Source: Octopus sinensis
Lineage: Eukaryota
Assembly (NCBI RefSeq): GCF_006345805.1
Contig: NC_042999.1
Span: forward strand, 88,040,001-88,104,000
Length of the DNA stretch: 64,000 nucleotides
Direction of reading: 5' to 3'
Within the stretch, counting starts at the first letter, position 1. The number at the start of each line of letters is the position of its first letter. Both the position numbers and the translations under genes were made by a program. Below the pieces are notes generated by a model. The model was not told the origin of the DNA. It worked only from the letters and a program-made list of their open reading frames with translations, and made no database searches. Positions 13,436 through 28,641 of the stretch are shown here, one piece after another.

Positions 13436-16400
13436 TTCCATAAAGTGGCAAATCTTCCTTCCGCTGCATTGTTATTATAAAAACTTATAAAATAATCGGT
13501 TGTCTTTATAGGTTTAATTCAGCCTTTTTCTAAAGTAATTTTAGAGGTTAAACATACTTGAGAGAAATTTGGGGAGATATTGTATGTTTTGTGCAACTAA
13601 ATGCATGCAATTTCCACCAGCTTGGAGCTCAGTTATTTCCTTGCAGCAAGGATTATGTATTGCAAATTTTGTCAATATATGTAAGATAAAAATTTCGTAA
13701 TTTATAATTTACTATAGAGAATATGATTCAATTAATCATGAATAATAATATATATTTCGGCTTACGCTAAAATTAATTTCGTGTTATTACCACAAAATGT
13801 ACGACACATGTAAAACAAATAATGGTTTACGATAATGGCCTAGCTTGATAGTGTTCGGCTTCGGTACAGTATTATAGACCATGCTTAGATATGTATTCTT
13901 AAATAGAATTACATTATTGTGTTCGTTATACTTGCATGTATAAACAACAAATATTGATTACACAAAAGCAAAAATACAGATATGTAGATTGATTTAAGAA
14001 CATTCGAAAGGGTCTATATCTTTCTATATATACTGATATTGTAGATAGATAAGAATAGAGAAAAGAGAGAGAGAGTGAGTGAGCGAGCGAGGGAGGCAGA
14101 GAAAAAGAGAGAGAGAGAACAGGGCGGTGTATTTGGTATAAAATATGTTATATCACGAACGTTATCTTTGAATTGAAATAAGCATATGTCTTTTATAGAT
14201 GCGAAGTTAAAGAAACATCAAAGGGTAACGATAAGGCGTGTACATAAAATTCTACTCCACAACTATTTATATTCCATTGGGAGAAAATAATAGTCATAAA
14301 TATAGGGTTCTTGTACAAAATTATTTCTTCAACAAATATATTTGAAAATTAACAAATGGTTATATATTGTCAGAAAGACAATATTTTCCCCTTATAGAAT
14401 AGCAAATTATTACTGAAGAAATAAATGTAATATATTATGTGTTCTTAAAAGACGTGCGCCGTAGAAACAAGCTGCAATATCGCGATTTCTATTATTTGAT
14501 CTTTATTTAGTCCTGCTGCACTAATTAACATTACGTAATAGCATAAAAGTATTGCGCGTCACAATCTCTTGTTTGCATACATTAAGATAATACACTTTGT
14601 ATTTATATATAATCAATGCTGATTTTGTCCCCTATTTATTAAATCTATTGTCATATCATTATTGACCAAATTATTGACTACTTCTACATGAGTTAATTAA
14701 GATTACATTATTTTCTAGTGGTTTACTATTTGCCGTCGAAATCATATTCTCAATTTAGAGAGCAAAATAACTTTTAGCTTCAAGTTTTGTTCTATTCATT
14801 GAAATATTTGATGGTAAGACTTCCCACAACTTAGAAAGAGTTGAGTAGGCAACATTCTATAGCAATAACCGGTCGATTAAAACGTGAAATTCAACAATAG
14901 ACAGCAAATTGCGTCCTACAACTAAACACTTATCTTTTTTCTTAATTCTGCATTACTGGAAATTAAGATGCAGACACTGAGTTAATTGATCATCCTATCC
15001 AAAACAAAGTTATTTTCCATTGGTTAAATAATTCAATGAAAACTACAACTACTTAAGTATGATAAGCTACTCAATGAATTCAGTAAAACGTGAAGTATGT
15101 TAATGCAGCATTATAAGAAGGGTAACCTCCCTCATCGCTGGAGAATGAAAATTCATGACAAAATCAATAGGTATTTCATCTCCTCGCTGCAGAAAAACAT
15201 TACTGAATCTTTGGTTTCTATTAGACTAACATTTAAAGACACAGATTACTACTACTCTCCTGCTTATAGTTTTCATTCCAGTAAACTGTACATTTTATTG
15301 AATTTCTCGTAATGAAAGTGGTCTTTTTCATAATTTTGCATATGTTAGTAAGAAAGAAGAGGCTATGTTCATGTTCTTTTTACTTTCTGCTAATATTGAT
15401 GCAATATATGATTATTTTGAACATATGTAAGTCGGCTTTGTTTATGAAGAAAACATGGATAGAGTAAGTCTTTGGGTGTAGCATGTAGTACGTGACCAAA
15501 TTGTTTAACAACAGAAATATCGCTGTATTCGACTTTGCCTTTCATCCTTTTCGAGGTTAATAAAATAAGTATTAGTTGAGCACTGAGAATGATGTAATCA
15601 ATCAACCCCCTCTCCGAAAAATCTGAGGCCTCGTGCCGTGCCTAAAGTAGAAAAAAATTATTTATAGCTACATATATTTTGATCTTCACTGTTAAAAACG
15701 AAATACGATTTATTTCATTTTTCAGCTAGTTTCTAAAATTTATTTGATATCGGCAACAGAAAATTCCCAATGGTAAGAATAAAGCTTCTAAAATAATGAT
15801 GGGAGAAAATTCGAAGTGTTGATTTGGCATAATGATACCACGTCTGTCACGTATATGGAACTTGTGAGTTCAGGTCCCGTGGGTAGCCTTCGAGTTTTTC
15901 AATTAAAGGAATTTAACTCAATATTCCATACGCCATTATTTGTAGTTTATCATCTTCGAGTTCCATTAAATCATTAAAAACTGGTTTCTTTCATATCTTT
16001 CAAAGTCTTTAAAATTCTTGATCTATATACACATTTATACAAACACACACACACACACACACACATTATATATATGTATATACGCATATAGCTATTACAA
16101 ATATATGTGTACGTATGTCTTATTGCACATTAGTTGCATGTGCGTCAGATACATATTTTAATGAAATTTTCATCTGTTGTTGCTGTTGTTATTCCTTGAC
16201 CGCATATTACTTCTAACTGAGCAGACTTTTCCAACCAGGAACTTTATTATATGAAAAGAACAAATAAACACTCCTCCCCTCCTACTAAAATAGTAGACAT
16301 AAAAAGTATCTAAATACAAAACTCGACATACTAGAAACAGCAGCTAAACGACGAATCACGTTTTCAAGATTCTAATTTCCCCTTTTTTTTCTTTGCCAGA

Positions 16401-18388
16401 GGGGTGGAGAGGGCCAAAATAAAAATTTTGGAAATGTGTTTTGGGGGTTTTCAAAACCTTAGTTTTTAAGTACGCTCCAAACGGAAAGTCCGACAAGCTA
16501 GAAACAACAGCCAAACCGAAGATTCACTTTCTAAATGCAAATTACAAATAAGAAAAAAAAAACATTTTTTAATGTAATCTTCTTATCGTGGTGTGTGTGT
16601 GTGTGTGTGTGCAAAAAACTAATTTGTACATACCCTTCTTAATTCCAAAAGATCCTCAACTACAACATGTTCACTTTCTATCACAGATGCGCTGGTGGGG
16701 TGGAGGGGTGTTTATTTATTTTTGAAAAATTGAAATTTTACAATTATTTTTTTTCAGAATCATAATCTCCGTATTTTTCTACGTATTTCACAAAAAGACA
16801 TTTCTAAAAAATAGTGAAAGATTACGGGGTGGGGTGAGGTAGGGGAAGGGGGCTTAAAAGTTTGAAATGCTGATTTTTTTTTAAAGATTTGGTGTCTCCG
16901 CAGTCGAAAAGGTGGGTTTCTCTAGAAAAAAAAAACCAAAGCGGGTGCGGTCCATGTCCTTTACCTCCGCCAATAAACTGTATGTTTATATATACACCTA
17001 TTATTTTGAGGAAATTAATTCCCCCCAAATACTAGGTGTTGAACCAGTATTTCTTTGGATGAAACCATCCCTTCATGAGGTTAACGCATCTAATCGAATT
17101 TAATATAATATAATATAATATTGCGTATATATATATATATATATATACTACACTGGTAGTTGTTAACAGTAATTTAAAGCGATATTATTATAAGTATTCG
17201 TTTTTAAATTTGCATTTATATTAACTAATGAAGTAGATTCATTAATCTATGAATTAAACATTTTATTCTTCCTGATGTTCCTTATCATTTGTGATTTTAA
17301 AGCACTATTTAATTTTACTTCCAGCTTCTATCTCTTGGTCGTTCTCTAGTTATCAGCTACTTCTTTTTATGTTTGAGTTATCTATCTAATGTCTAGCGAT
17401 TTACTTAATGAGTTTCAATTTTATTTTGCTGTTCAAAGTATGTAAGCATTTTCATATGCTGTTGTAATCAGCTGCCATTGATCTTAATTTCGCCCCCGGT
17501 GTTGAAATTAAGAAATAAATATATAAATATATATATATATAGATCTAGAACAGGTAAACTTTAGATTACCAGCAATACTACATTTTCTATAAGTATTCAT
17601 TACAAAGATAAGATAGTGTGGAACTTAAATACTTATTTGTCGTCAGTCCTAATTTGGATGGTATTTACTTTCAAATAAAACACGTACTACTAAGACTGGT
17701 GTTGAATCATTTGATTATACATCATACCTCTTTCGTTTAAACCAAAGAAGAAAATCATTCTTCACATGTGGTAATGCAACATATTGCAAGAAGGTAAAAG
17801 CAGCGAAGAAACAGATTTAATGACTTAAAGCATTACATCCACACTTCTACATTTTGAGTTCGAAATCCGTCGAGGTTAACTTGACTTGTCTTTCTTCTGG
17901 AATCTATATGATAATTAGTTAGATTCAGTTGACCGATTTTCTGTAACATTTGACGGGTTGCATAATAAGGTAGTATAATCAGTATCAAATATTAAAATAG
18001 AAGCTATTTGAATGAAAAAGGGTGGGACCCTGAACACAGTGGTTTTGCAGCAGTAACACTATGTATTGTCTTTAATCGTGTGAGGACGTTAAATTATAAA
18101 TGCTACCTACACTCCAAGACCATTCTTGGTTATACTTACCATATATCAAAGCAAAAACATTCGAGTAGCTATAGGCGTTTAAAATCAAGTAAGTTAAAAA
18201 TATAAACAGTCTAATAATGACAAAATATTGATTTGACACGTATTAAGACTTAGTATTCCGATCTAATAAATCATCGAAACTCCTTAAATCCTGTAAATCC
18301 CCAAGAGGGGACTAAGACTTCTCGCATGAAACGCTACCGAAACTCAATGTCCTTCATATGTATGTCTCTATATATCTCTATGTAGCTA

Positions 18389-18852
<464 letters not shown>

Positions 18853-18854
18853 TG

Positions 18855-19040
18855 AAGGCGCATAGCTCAGTGGTTAGAGCGTCGGGCTTACGATCGTGAG
18901 GTTGTGAGTTCGATTCCCAGACCGGCTTGCGTGTTGTGTTCTTGAGCAAGACACTTTATTTCACGTTGCTCCAATTCACTCACCTGTAGAAATGAGTTGC
19001 ATTCGAAGGTTATAATGGACACACATTTGTGTGTCACGTA
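18855..19040 (+). mobile_element. tRNA-derived SINE head and body
   Basis: A-box TAGCTCAGTGG and B-box GTTCGATTCC, followed by the gtgttcttgagcaagacacttta core shared with other SINE copies; no tRNA 3' acceptor stem. Confidence 0.8.
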
Positions 19041-19142
19041 GCTAGCTAGAGGCGATGGCCTCTCGGAGCTAATCAACGGCAGCATTCATCCTATTTCTCT
19101 AGACTGCCATATTAGCATGGCGATAAATATACATGCGTACAT

Positions 19143-19427
19143 AGGAGTGGCTGTGTGGTAAGTAGCTTGCTTACCAACCACATGGTTCCGGGTTCAGTCC
19201 CACTGTGTGGCATCTTGGGCAAGTGTCTTCTGCTATAGACTCCGGCCGATCAATTCCTTGTGAGTGGATTTGGTAGACGGAAACTGAAAGAAGCCTGTCG
19301 TATATATGTATATATGTATATATATATGTGTGTGTATAAGTTTGTGTGTCTGTGTTTGTCCCCCTAGCATTGCTTGACAACAGATGCTGGTGTGTTTACG
19401 TCCCCGTCACTTAGCGGTTCGGCAAAG
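19143..19427 (+). mobile_element. Family A SINE, 3'-truncated
   Basis: aggagtggctgtgtggtaagtagcttgcttaccaaccacatggttccgggttcagtccc...ttagcggttcggcaaa; near-identical to 62974-63410. Confidence 0.9.
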
Positions 19428-19636
<209 letters not shown>

Positions 19637-19814
19637 GTTTTGCTTGAAGGTATATTCAACTACTGTTTGAATACACACCCAGTAAAAGGAAATTATACAT
19701 TTGATTCTTCGTTTATTATTCAGGTTCCCTGTCAGTAAATCTTCTATAGATACTCTTAAAGTTGTTATAGAAATAAGCACAGAAACACAAACACCTACAT
19801 ATGTACGATATGTT

Positions 19815-19845
<31 letters not shown>

Positions 19846-19991
19846 TATATATATATAATATATAATATATATATATATATATATATTTATAATTAATCAA
19901 TATAGGGAGGCAAAAAAATTTTGTAGAATTCTTTTGCCCCCAGCGGCCTAGTGGGAAAAAATTAAATAGTCATAAACCATTTTTAAGTTCA

Positions 19992-20217
19992 ATATCACAA
20001 TCAAGGAACGGCCATAATAGGCCATTCACCCACTAGAAATAACAGCCAAAAAGCTTCAACCGCAAAATAACATTAATTCCGTAAATCAGGAGAAAATTAA
20101 AATTTTTTTAAATTTTCTCCTGATTTACGGAATTAATGTTATTTTGCGGTTGAAGCTTTTTGGCTGTTATTTCTAGTGGGTGAATGGCCTATTATGGCCG
20201 TTCCTTGATTGTGATAT
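19992..20217. repeat. Perfect inverted repeat: 107-bp arms, 12-bp spacer
   Basis: 19992-20098 is the exact reverse complement of 20111-20217. Confidence 0.97.
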
Positions 20218-22052
20218 ATATATATATATATACAAACATACATACACACTTCTTCATATGCGTGAATGAGCAAGTATGCCTAAATGTAATTTCATACCAT
20301 CTCATAATGCATACATAGCAAATTAACAACCGTGAAATCTACTAAACAATATTTATTACTCATGGCTTCATAAGAAAGCAGAACGGAGACAAACAAACAT
20401 ACAAACATTCATATAATTTAATTCTGTATTTCATTATAAATTATTTGTGTTGTGTCTCTGGTTCCGGGAGAAGGAGAAGCTACTGATATAGTAAATACAA
20501 TTTTGCATCTAGGCTTTCAATTAATGTTGTAAACAACTACTTGTAAACCTCGCATTTAAAGCGAAATTATATTGTTATAGGAAAAATAGTTTAACCTTCA
20601 AATAGCGTTAAATTTTCATGAGGACATAAAAATGTACTTAAATTCTATGGCCTTCTTTAGTAATTAGACTCATGTATATCCAGAAAGCACATATGTCTAA
20701 ATATTACCTCGAGCCGTGAATAACCTAAGTACTAATCATGGGATACAGAAATGTCACACCTTGCTGAAGTAAACTTCATAGACAAATGTAAATCATAAAG
20801 CTAGCTACTCTCTGGATGTCAAAGTTTTTAAAATCTATATAACTGCTGAGACTTTACAAAATTAAATGCATGGTATTTGAGAGCATTTTTCATAAAACAG
20901 TGTTACTGCGACTCACTAGCATTTTGTATCATACAAAAACTAATGTTGACTTTCAAATATTCGTTAAGTAGCACGCTGTAATTGAAACTTAGAATGATGT
21001 AGACTTAACTTACCTTTCTTCAGTTAATAAGAGAGTATTTGAATTTCTGAACCGTTAATGTTTTTTTTATCTCTGTAGGTTATATGCAGGAGCTCTCTCC
21101 ACTCTTCTTTCTATCACATGAAATTTATTTTACGGAAGAGTCTCTGATTTACTGAATTATTCCTTTTTTAACCGTCATTCCCTGAATCCCTTTGTCAATT
21201 TCGTTATTTTACAGGAATTCAGTTTGAGCATCATAAGCATCAATATCATGATTGGATTGTTTCTCCTACTCGGAAAAATGATTCAACATGGCACGGAATT
21301 GATGAATAGTATCTACAAATATATTTGCCATTGTTACTTTAAATATGCCTCATGATTGAATGTGTATTATAGAGTATTGTGGAGCTAATCCCTTATGATT
21401 CCTAATTTCGTTAATCAACTAATACAATTGAAGTTCTTCAAAAAGGTATTAGTATCAATTTTTTTCCAGATCATTTCTGTATCAATACTTAATCCTATGT
21501 CTAATAAATCATTTATATAGAATATCCTTAACAGTATGACACATTATTTTGTATATACATTCTGAATTTGTTTTATACGAAGGTAGCATCTATACCTGTT
21601 ACTATTTCCATGGATTATAATACCATTTTTGTCTCCCATATCCATGTTAGTTTCTGGAAATGTATTATCATTCCTGATACTATTCATAAATAATTAGATA
21701 CCACTTTTACTTCAAAAATAAGTTGTAGTTATAACTGTAATATCATTATCAGTTATATTCATATTAGTTCTGCAAATTTCCCATTCTATTATTATTGTTA
21801 GATACTTGGACAGTACTCTTTATTTAAGTAATAATCTGTAAAGATATCTGGAAACATCAGTTGCCTTTATACTTTATATTTTAAGCAAAGAACATACATG
21901 TTATTCTTAAAGAATACTAGTAACTGAACATTTCAAATTACAGCAGGCGGTGATAATAGGTGTAGGAGAAGAGTATTTTACTACAAACGCTCAAATGGCT
22001 ACGCAGTACGTACTGAGATAAAATAGTCGGAGTAATATTGTTTTTCAAATTA

Positions 22053-22268
22053 GGCGGCGAGCTGGCAGAAACGGCAGCACGCCGGGCGAAATGCTCAGTG
22101 GTATTTCGTCTGCCGTTAAATTCTGAGTTCAAATTCCGCCGAGGTCGTCTTTGCCTTTAATACATTCGGGGTCGATAAATTTAGTATCAGTTGCGTACTG
22201 GGATCGATCTAATCGACTGGCCTCTCCTACCAAATTTCGATCTTGGCCTAGAGTAGAAAAGAATATTG
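22053..22268 (+). mobile_element. Family B SINE, near full length
   Basis: ggcggcgagctggcagaa...gagttcaaattccgccgaggtcg...gtcgataaatttagtatcagttgcgtactgg...agtagaaaagaatatt. Confidence 0.88.
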
Positions 22269-22406
22269 ACTTCAAATTTTGGAACAAAGTCAGTAATTTC
22301 GGGGGAGGGGGTAAGTTGATTACATCGCCCCAGTCCTTTTTTTTAATGACACCGAAATGATGAAAGGTACAGTGGGCATCGGAATGGTTCGAGTGATATT
22401 ATAATG

Positions 22407-22683
22407 GTTAGGGTGTGGTACTCGTGATTGCGAGATCGTGCTTTCAATTCCTAGTCCGGGTGGTGCGTTGTGTTCTTGGGCAATACACTTCATCTCACGT
22501 TGTTCTGTGATCACTTCGACACCTGACATGTAGTACACTGTGCACCTGTTCAGAGAACGTCGACTTGATGGACGGAGGGAGCAAATGTACAGCACATAAA
22601 CTTGATCTCCATAAAGCAATCACTTGAGGAGGTCGTTCGACTAAAAGCTTGTACGCTCATACATCATCTTCGACGGGAGAGTT

Positions 22684-22733
<50 letters not shown>

Positions 22734-22800
22734 AGATGTTACAATGATTCTTGTGGGTTATGTAACAACGCCGATCACAAAACGTACGTACATTGGCAAA
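22407..22800 (+). mobile_element. Degenerate tRNA-derived SINE with internal (TA)n
   Basis: ggttaggg...tttcaattcctagtccggg...gtgttcttgggcaatacactt core. Confidence 0.6.
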
Positions 22801-22911
22801 CAATATATCATATATAATGAACAACGCACATATGTATATATGTGTGTGTGTGTGAGCGTGTGTGTATGTGTGTGTGTGTATTTGGTTCTGTGCATGTGTG
22901 TGTATATGTGT

Positions 22912-22946
<35 letters not shown>

Positions 22947-24249
22947 CATACACACATACAGACACGTGTGTATCGCATGTATGTTGGTAATATGCATGAC
23001 TGTGTATATGTGTGTAGGTACATTTATGATAAAGAGCAAAATTTATTTATTCCATTCCCCAAATAATTTTCCTTTCATGCAATTCAGAAAAAGGGAATAT
23101 GGTTTTTAAATCAGTTGAAATGTAAGAAAATACTGTTCAAAACGAGAGGTATCGCTTTATTCTAGATCTGAAGTGGTGCACTAATTATCTGGCGAAACTG
23201 TCAGATCGATAATTTCTGAATACTTCGAATTGATGTTGTTCTATAGAGTGAATTGCTTGTTGCAAGATATTGAAAATATTATTGATTAAACATTCGCTCA
23301 TTCTAACATGACTTTCTCAGCTACAAGGGAAAATATCTGATATAAGTATAAGCTTTACTTTCAGTTTGCTAACAGGATTGTGGCCTTGCTGCAAAACTGT
23401 TTTAATTGAAGCAGATAACTATCCGACGGAGTCTATAGTTCCTTAACCGTGTTACTACTTTATTATAAAATCTATAAGATTATTTAGGGAAAAAGAGTAG
23501 CTTTTGTACGAATTTTTAACATAGGTGATTCTAGACGAAACCTATATATGGTTATTACAATTTCTTCATATATCGATTACAGCTCCCTGTTTCATAGTAA
23601 ATAGTGCAATAGTTGTAAACCGAGGCGGTAGCGCTCCCATATAATTGAGAGTGTTGTAGCTCACAGCGGGCGATATATACAAAGAAGACGTTAAGGGGGA
23701 AACCACGGAGTGTTCATTTCTCTCTAGAAATATATTCAAACCAGGTACAATATTCGTTTTTAATTAATTAGTGACAGACGTAAACTGTCACATGATTTAG
23801 AACCACCATCTGACACTTTGGGTACCTTTAGAAGAGTTCACTTAGAAGCATATATGCCAAATATCTGTTTTTTTTTAGTTCTTCCTTCCTTCTTTCACCA
23901 GGTCTTGAGACCTTGTAAAACATAAGATAAATTCACGAAATGTTTGTCGGGACTAACAAATGTGCAATATATTGTGATATCAGAGATGAATGAGGTACTA
24001 AAGTTCAATTCAATTTTGTCCGAGTTATATGTCTATATGTATGCATCTATTGTTTTAGGGATCTTTTCCTTTTGATGGGCAACTCAATTAATTGATTTTC
24101 TTTAACTAAACACTTTGAAACTTCGTATACTGGTAGAATGTGTCATACAGAATATCTTTTACTCTTAGCGTTGTTGAGAAAAGGTTCTATTTTCGAAGTT
24201 ATTTCGTGTTTAAGTTGTCGTGTTTCGATAATTTCAACCAATCAATGAC

Positions 24250-25290
24250 GTGTGTTCAGCTGAATAAAATTACTGCTGTTATTTGTCAACAACAACTTCT
24301 GGCGGTATATATTTCCATGACATGAAAGAAGTTTATGGTGACGATGCACCATCATATGACGTAATCATGTACAGGCATCGCCAGTTCATATGTGCTCGGA
24401 CACCGGTGGAAACTGATCCTATTCCTGGACAACCACATTCCGCCATTTATGACGATACCATCCATAAAGTGCGAGCCGACATTTTGGAGGATCGCCGCAT
24501 AACTATTCGGCAACTAGCCCAATAAGTTAAATAAGTGTAGCGTCTGTGGAAAAAATCATTCACGACCATTTGCACATACGGAAGTTGTCTGTACGATGGA
24601 TTTCTCAGATGTTCACACCTTTTCAGAACCAGGATCAAGTCAATTGCTCCCAAACTCATTTGGCAATGTGCCAAGAAAACGAGGAGGACTTTTTCGATAA
24701 AATTATCACACAGAATGGAACATGGGTCCATCACTATGATCTTGAGATTAAAGTCCCGTTGAAGCAATGAAAGCATGCTAGCTCACCATCTCCAAAGAAG
24801 GCTCGTGTCCAACCTTCATCACACAAGGTAATGCTAATCGTCCTTTGGGAGCAGCTCGGAGTAGTGATGATGGATTTTCTGGCAAAGTGTACCACAATTA
24901 ACAGGGCATATTATACTTCTTTGCTACAGAAATTATGGGACTGCATCAAAGCAAGAACGCATGGCATGCTGACCAATGTCATCCGCCTCCTCCAAAACAA
25001 CGCCCCAGTTCACAATGCACATGTTAACAAGATGAAAGCATACTCCTGGGGTTATGAAATCCTTACTCAATGCCCCCACTCTCCCACCTCGCATTATCTG
25101 ACTTCTACCTCTTTCCAACCAAGAAGTCATTTTTTGAAGGAAAAGCACTTTCTATATGATGAACTTATTTCTGAGGTAATGTCTTGGCTCTAGACGCAAT
25201 CTACCGACTTCTACAGATGAGCCCTTCACAGCTGCATAAAGCAATGAGAGAGGTGTGTGATTATTTGGTGGCTATGTAGAGGACTAATAA
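24250..25290 (+). pseudogene. Heavily decayed mariner transposase, same subfamily as 10521-11572
   Basis: DMKEVYGDDAPSYD...ILEDRRITIRQ...IIHDHLH...WVHHYD...PKKARVQPS...LLQNNAPVHN; many stops and frameshifts; TIRs not recognised. Confidence 0.9.
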
Positions 25291-25301
25291 TTATGGCAAA
25301 T

Positions 25302-25722
25302 AGCGGTGAGTTGGCAGAAATGTTAGCAGGCCGGGCGAAATGCGTAGCCGTATTTCTTCAGCCGTTACGTTCTGAGTTCAAATTCCGCTGAGTCGACTTT
25401 GCCTTTCTTCCTTTCGGGGTCGATAAATTAAGTACCAGTTACGCACCGGGTCGATATAATCGACTTAATCCGTTTGTCTGTCCTTGTTTGTCCCCTCTGT
25501 GTGTAGCCCCTTGTGGGCAGTAAAGAAATAAGAAATGTTAGCACGCCGTACAAAATGTTTAGCGGCATTTCGTCTGTCTTTACATTGTGTATTCAAATTC
25601 TGCCGAGGTCAACTTTGCCTTTCATCCTTAATTAATAAATTAAGTACCAGTTGCGTACTGGAGTCGATCTAATCGACTGGCCCCTTCCCCAAAATGTCGG
25701 GCCTTGTGCCGAGAGTAGAAAA
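25302..25722 (+). mobile_element. Two tandem family B SINE copies
   Basis: Repeated gttctgagttcaaattccg...gtcgataaattaagtaccagtt core. Confidence 0.8.
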
Positions 25723-25794
25723 TAATTATTATGGCAAGTTTCGTTTATCTCACTCCTTGGGAAGTGGGTCAGGGGAAATCTTTAATAACCCTTC

Positions 25795-25884
<90 letters not shown>

Positions 25885-25894
25885 ATAATGTGTA

Positions 25895-27195
25895 TAAGTC
25901 AACATGCATGGTAAACAACGAACGGAACCCACAGAATCGGACTTGATCATAAATAAGGATATCATGCAAATAATCAACACTTATTCCACAAATGGAAGCA
26001 CAAAGAACTATCTTACACGAACTGGAAAAACAATCGACAGATTCGAAAGATATATGTACAAATCTACATTCAGAAATCAAGGATTTATTTGAGACCCTAT
26101 CAGAAGTGGTAAAAACTCCAAGAGAAAGTCTAACACAGCCAGAATGGATACAAGAGCAAATTTAGAAAACGAAGCCTATCGAAAAAGAAAACAAATTTGG
26201 GCGACAAGGAAAAAACTTCTTAATATACGTAAACGAAATTTTTGGAAGCCGTACAAATGTAAAAAAAAATATGTTGAGATATACACAGACTGGATTGAGT
26301 CAGACTACCTCTTAAATTCTTAATTAAAGAAATTATAGGAAAACCGGGTTAAGAAACATAACTAAGATGGGTACTGACTATATCAAAAGTAAAGACAGAC
26401 AGAGGAGAATATCGAAAATAGCCACAGGAAATATAGCTGAGAAGATGAAAGAGATGTGGGTTAAAGATGTTACAATCGAAGAAAGTAAATCAAGGCAATT
26501 ATGTCAAAAGAAAGAGTTGTTCCTTAATAAATATGCTGAAAACTACGGTAATGACACCTCAGTACCACGTAAAAGAAATATAAGGAAGCAACCTAACCAA
26601 CACAACATACACGAAAACGCGTGTCTACGAAAATAGTCAACCACCAGGAACTACGATAAGAACTTTCTCAATACACGTAACATACAAGAATACCATGAAC
26701 AAAACAAACACTCCTTTGATCAAAACGTTAGTAAACAAACCAATAATTCATTTGATCAAAATATTAGAGGAAGAAAAACCAGGAAGAAATCACATGCAAG
26801 ACCTCAACGAAAATCGCCTATTAGAAATAGAACAAAAATCCATACTAGGCCGTCAAACAGACCCCAAAAATTCTTTTCATAAACGGAAAATATAAATAAT
26901 ATACACATGGAACAAGAGAAAAGATATACCTAACCAAACACCACAACCAAAATACAAAGCTCACCAGAGAAAAGATGTTAATAATAGAAGGAATAATAGA
27001 CAAAAAGGAATCTATTTTTTAGGGTCAGGGCAGCAAACACCAGAGAAACAAAAGGTTCAGGAAGAAACAACTGTGAAACAACTGATAGGATAGATCTTAA
27101 AATCATCAATCTGTCAGAAAGAAATAAAGACAGTAACAAGCTTCGATTATTGATGAAATGATTAAAATTCACACCTACGCCTATAGTCAACCACC
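25895..27195 (+). mobile_element. Penelope-like element, 5' part of ORF, truncated by a SINE
   Basis: A-rich broken ORFs ending in DLKIINLSERNKDSNKLRLLMK*LKFTPTP (27092-27183), the INLS...KGLKFxPTP motif preceding Penelope RT. Confidence 0.75.
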
Positions 27196-27197
27196 AG

Positions 27198-27488
27198 GTC
27201 TCTTTTGTCGAACCGCTAAGTTACGGGGACGTAAACACACCAGCGTCGGTTGTCAAGCGATGTTGGAGAGACAAACACAGACACACAAGCATATACACAC
27301 ACATACATATATATATATATACATATATATGACAAGCTTCTTTCAGTTTCCCTCTACCAAATCCACTCACAAGGCTTTGGTCGGCCCGAGGCTATAGTAG
27401 AAGACACTTGCTCAGGGTGCCACGCAGTGGAACTGAACCCGGAACCATGTAGTTGGTAAGCAAGCTACTTACCACTCAGCGACTCCTG
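27198..27488 (-). mobile_element. Family A SINE
   Basis: Reverse complement of the consensus seen at 62974-63410. Confidence 0.9.
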
Positions 27489-27566
27489 TGCTTTGATCAC
27501 GAGATACATATAGTTACCAGAGCTTTTATGTTGACACTTAAGTATGGTATTACATTTTTAAGCTCA

Positions 27567-27652
27567 TATGAGATAGAACTCCCTGATTTTCGGTACTTTG
27601 GACTTATTATTACAAGTTAAAATTGCCGAATATCAGGGAGTTCTATATCATA
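27567..27652. repeat. Small imperfect inverted repeat (29-bp arms)
   Basis: tatgagatagaactccctgattttcggta vs the reverse complement of tgccgaatatcagggagttctatatcata (3 mismatches). Confidence 0.8.
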
Positions 27653-28571
27653 AGCGCTTCATATTGTTTCGCCTTGTGATGTTAGAGGTTAACTTCTATT
27701 CTAATTCATATTGCTTCACTTTGTGATGTTAAAAGTCAACTTCTATTCTAATATACAGTGTTCGGAGATTCTGAAGCGTATTCTGTGCTTTTGAAATATT
27801 TAGCAGTTTTGCGAGGAACTGTCAATGCTTAGACACGCGAGGTTGATATGCAATATAGAAAAAGAAATTGTCTAGAAAAAACTTTCATAAGTGTTTTGAT
27901 TATCTCTTCTAAGACGGTATCACGTGTTACCCCCAAGGAATTCACGTCAGCTTAATCAAATGAATTTGATACAAAACACAGCCATTAAGACATATATATT
28001 TCTTGTTTTGTACGCACTGTTTGATTTAACTTAGCATCATAATGGTAGCGCTGCTATAATAATGTCAACTGTACTGTTGTGGTTACGATACTTTGCAATT
28101 ATGGCAATATAGTAGTGAAAAGAAATTTAAGATTAAATATCCTGCACCGTTAAAAATATTGTTGTATCAGAGTGGATTCATCTATAGCTTACTATTATTA
28201 AGTCTGCACTTTTTCTATATCACCGATGTTGTCTGCGTACGCAGCAGTGTGACCGATGCGGTTTTATGTGATGAAAACTCAATGTTTATTTTTTTAATGC
28301 TTTGAGTATCTAAAGTTATTACCTAAGACATTGTAGTTCTTATTCTTGGTTGCAGCCTATGCTTCTTAAGAATCCCTTACGATTAAATATTTGACTTGTG
28401 TGGCAGCTTACCAGAGGCGACATGTACGTGACACAGAAGCTTCTTGTATTTCTTCTTTGAAGGAAGCAAAAGCAAGTAGCCTAAAAAATATGAGGCGAAA
28501 TCTAGAAATGTGACCGAATGTGTATGTGTGTATGCTATGTATGTAAACTATGAATATGTATGTATGTGTAA

Positions 28572-28641
<70 letters not shown>

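Noticed and set aside
18855-18930. tRNA gene (also 55975-56049)
   Set aside because: A and B boxes are present but there is no complete cloverleaf or acceptor stem, and the sequence continues into a shared SINE body.
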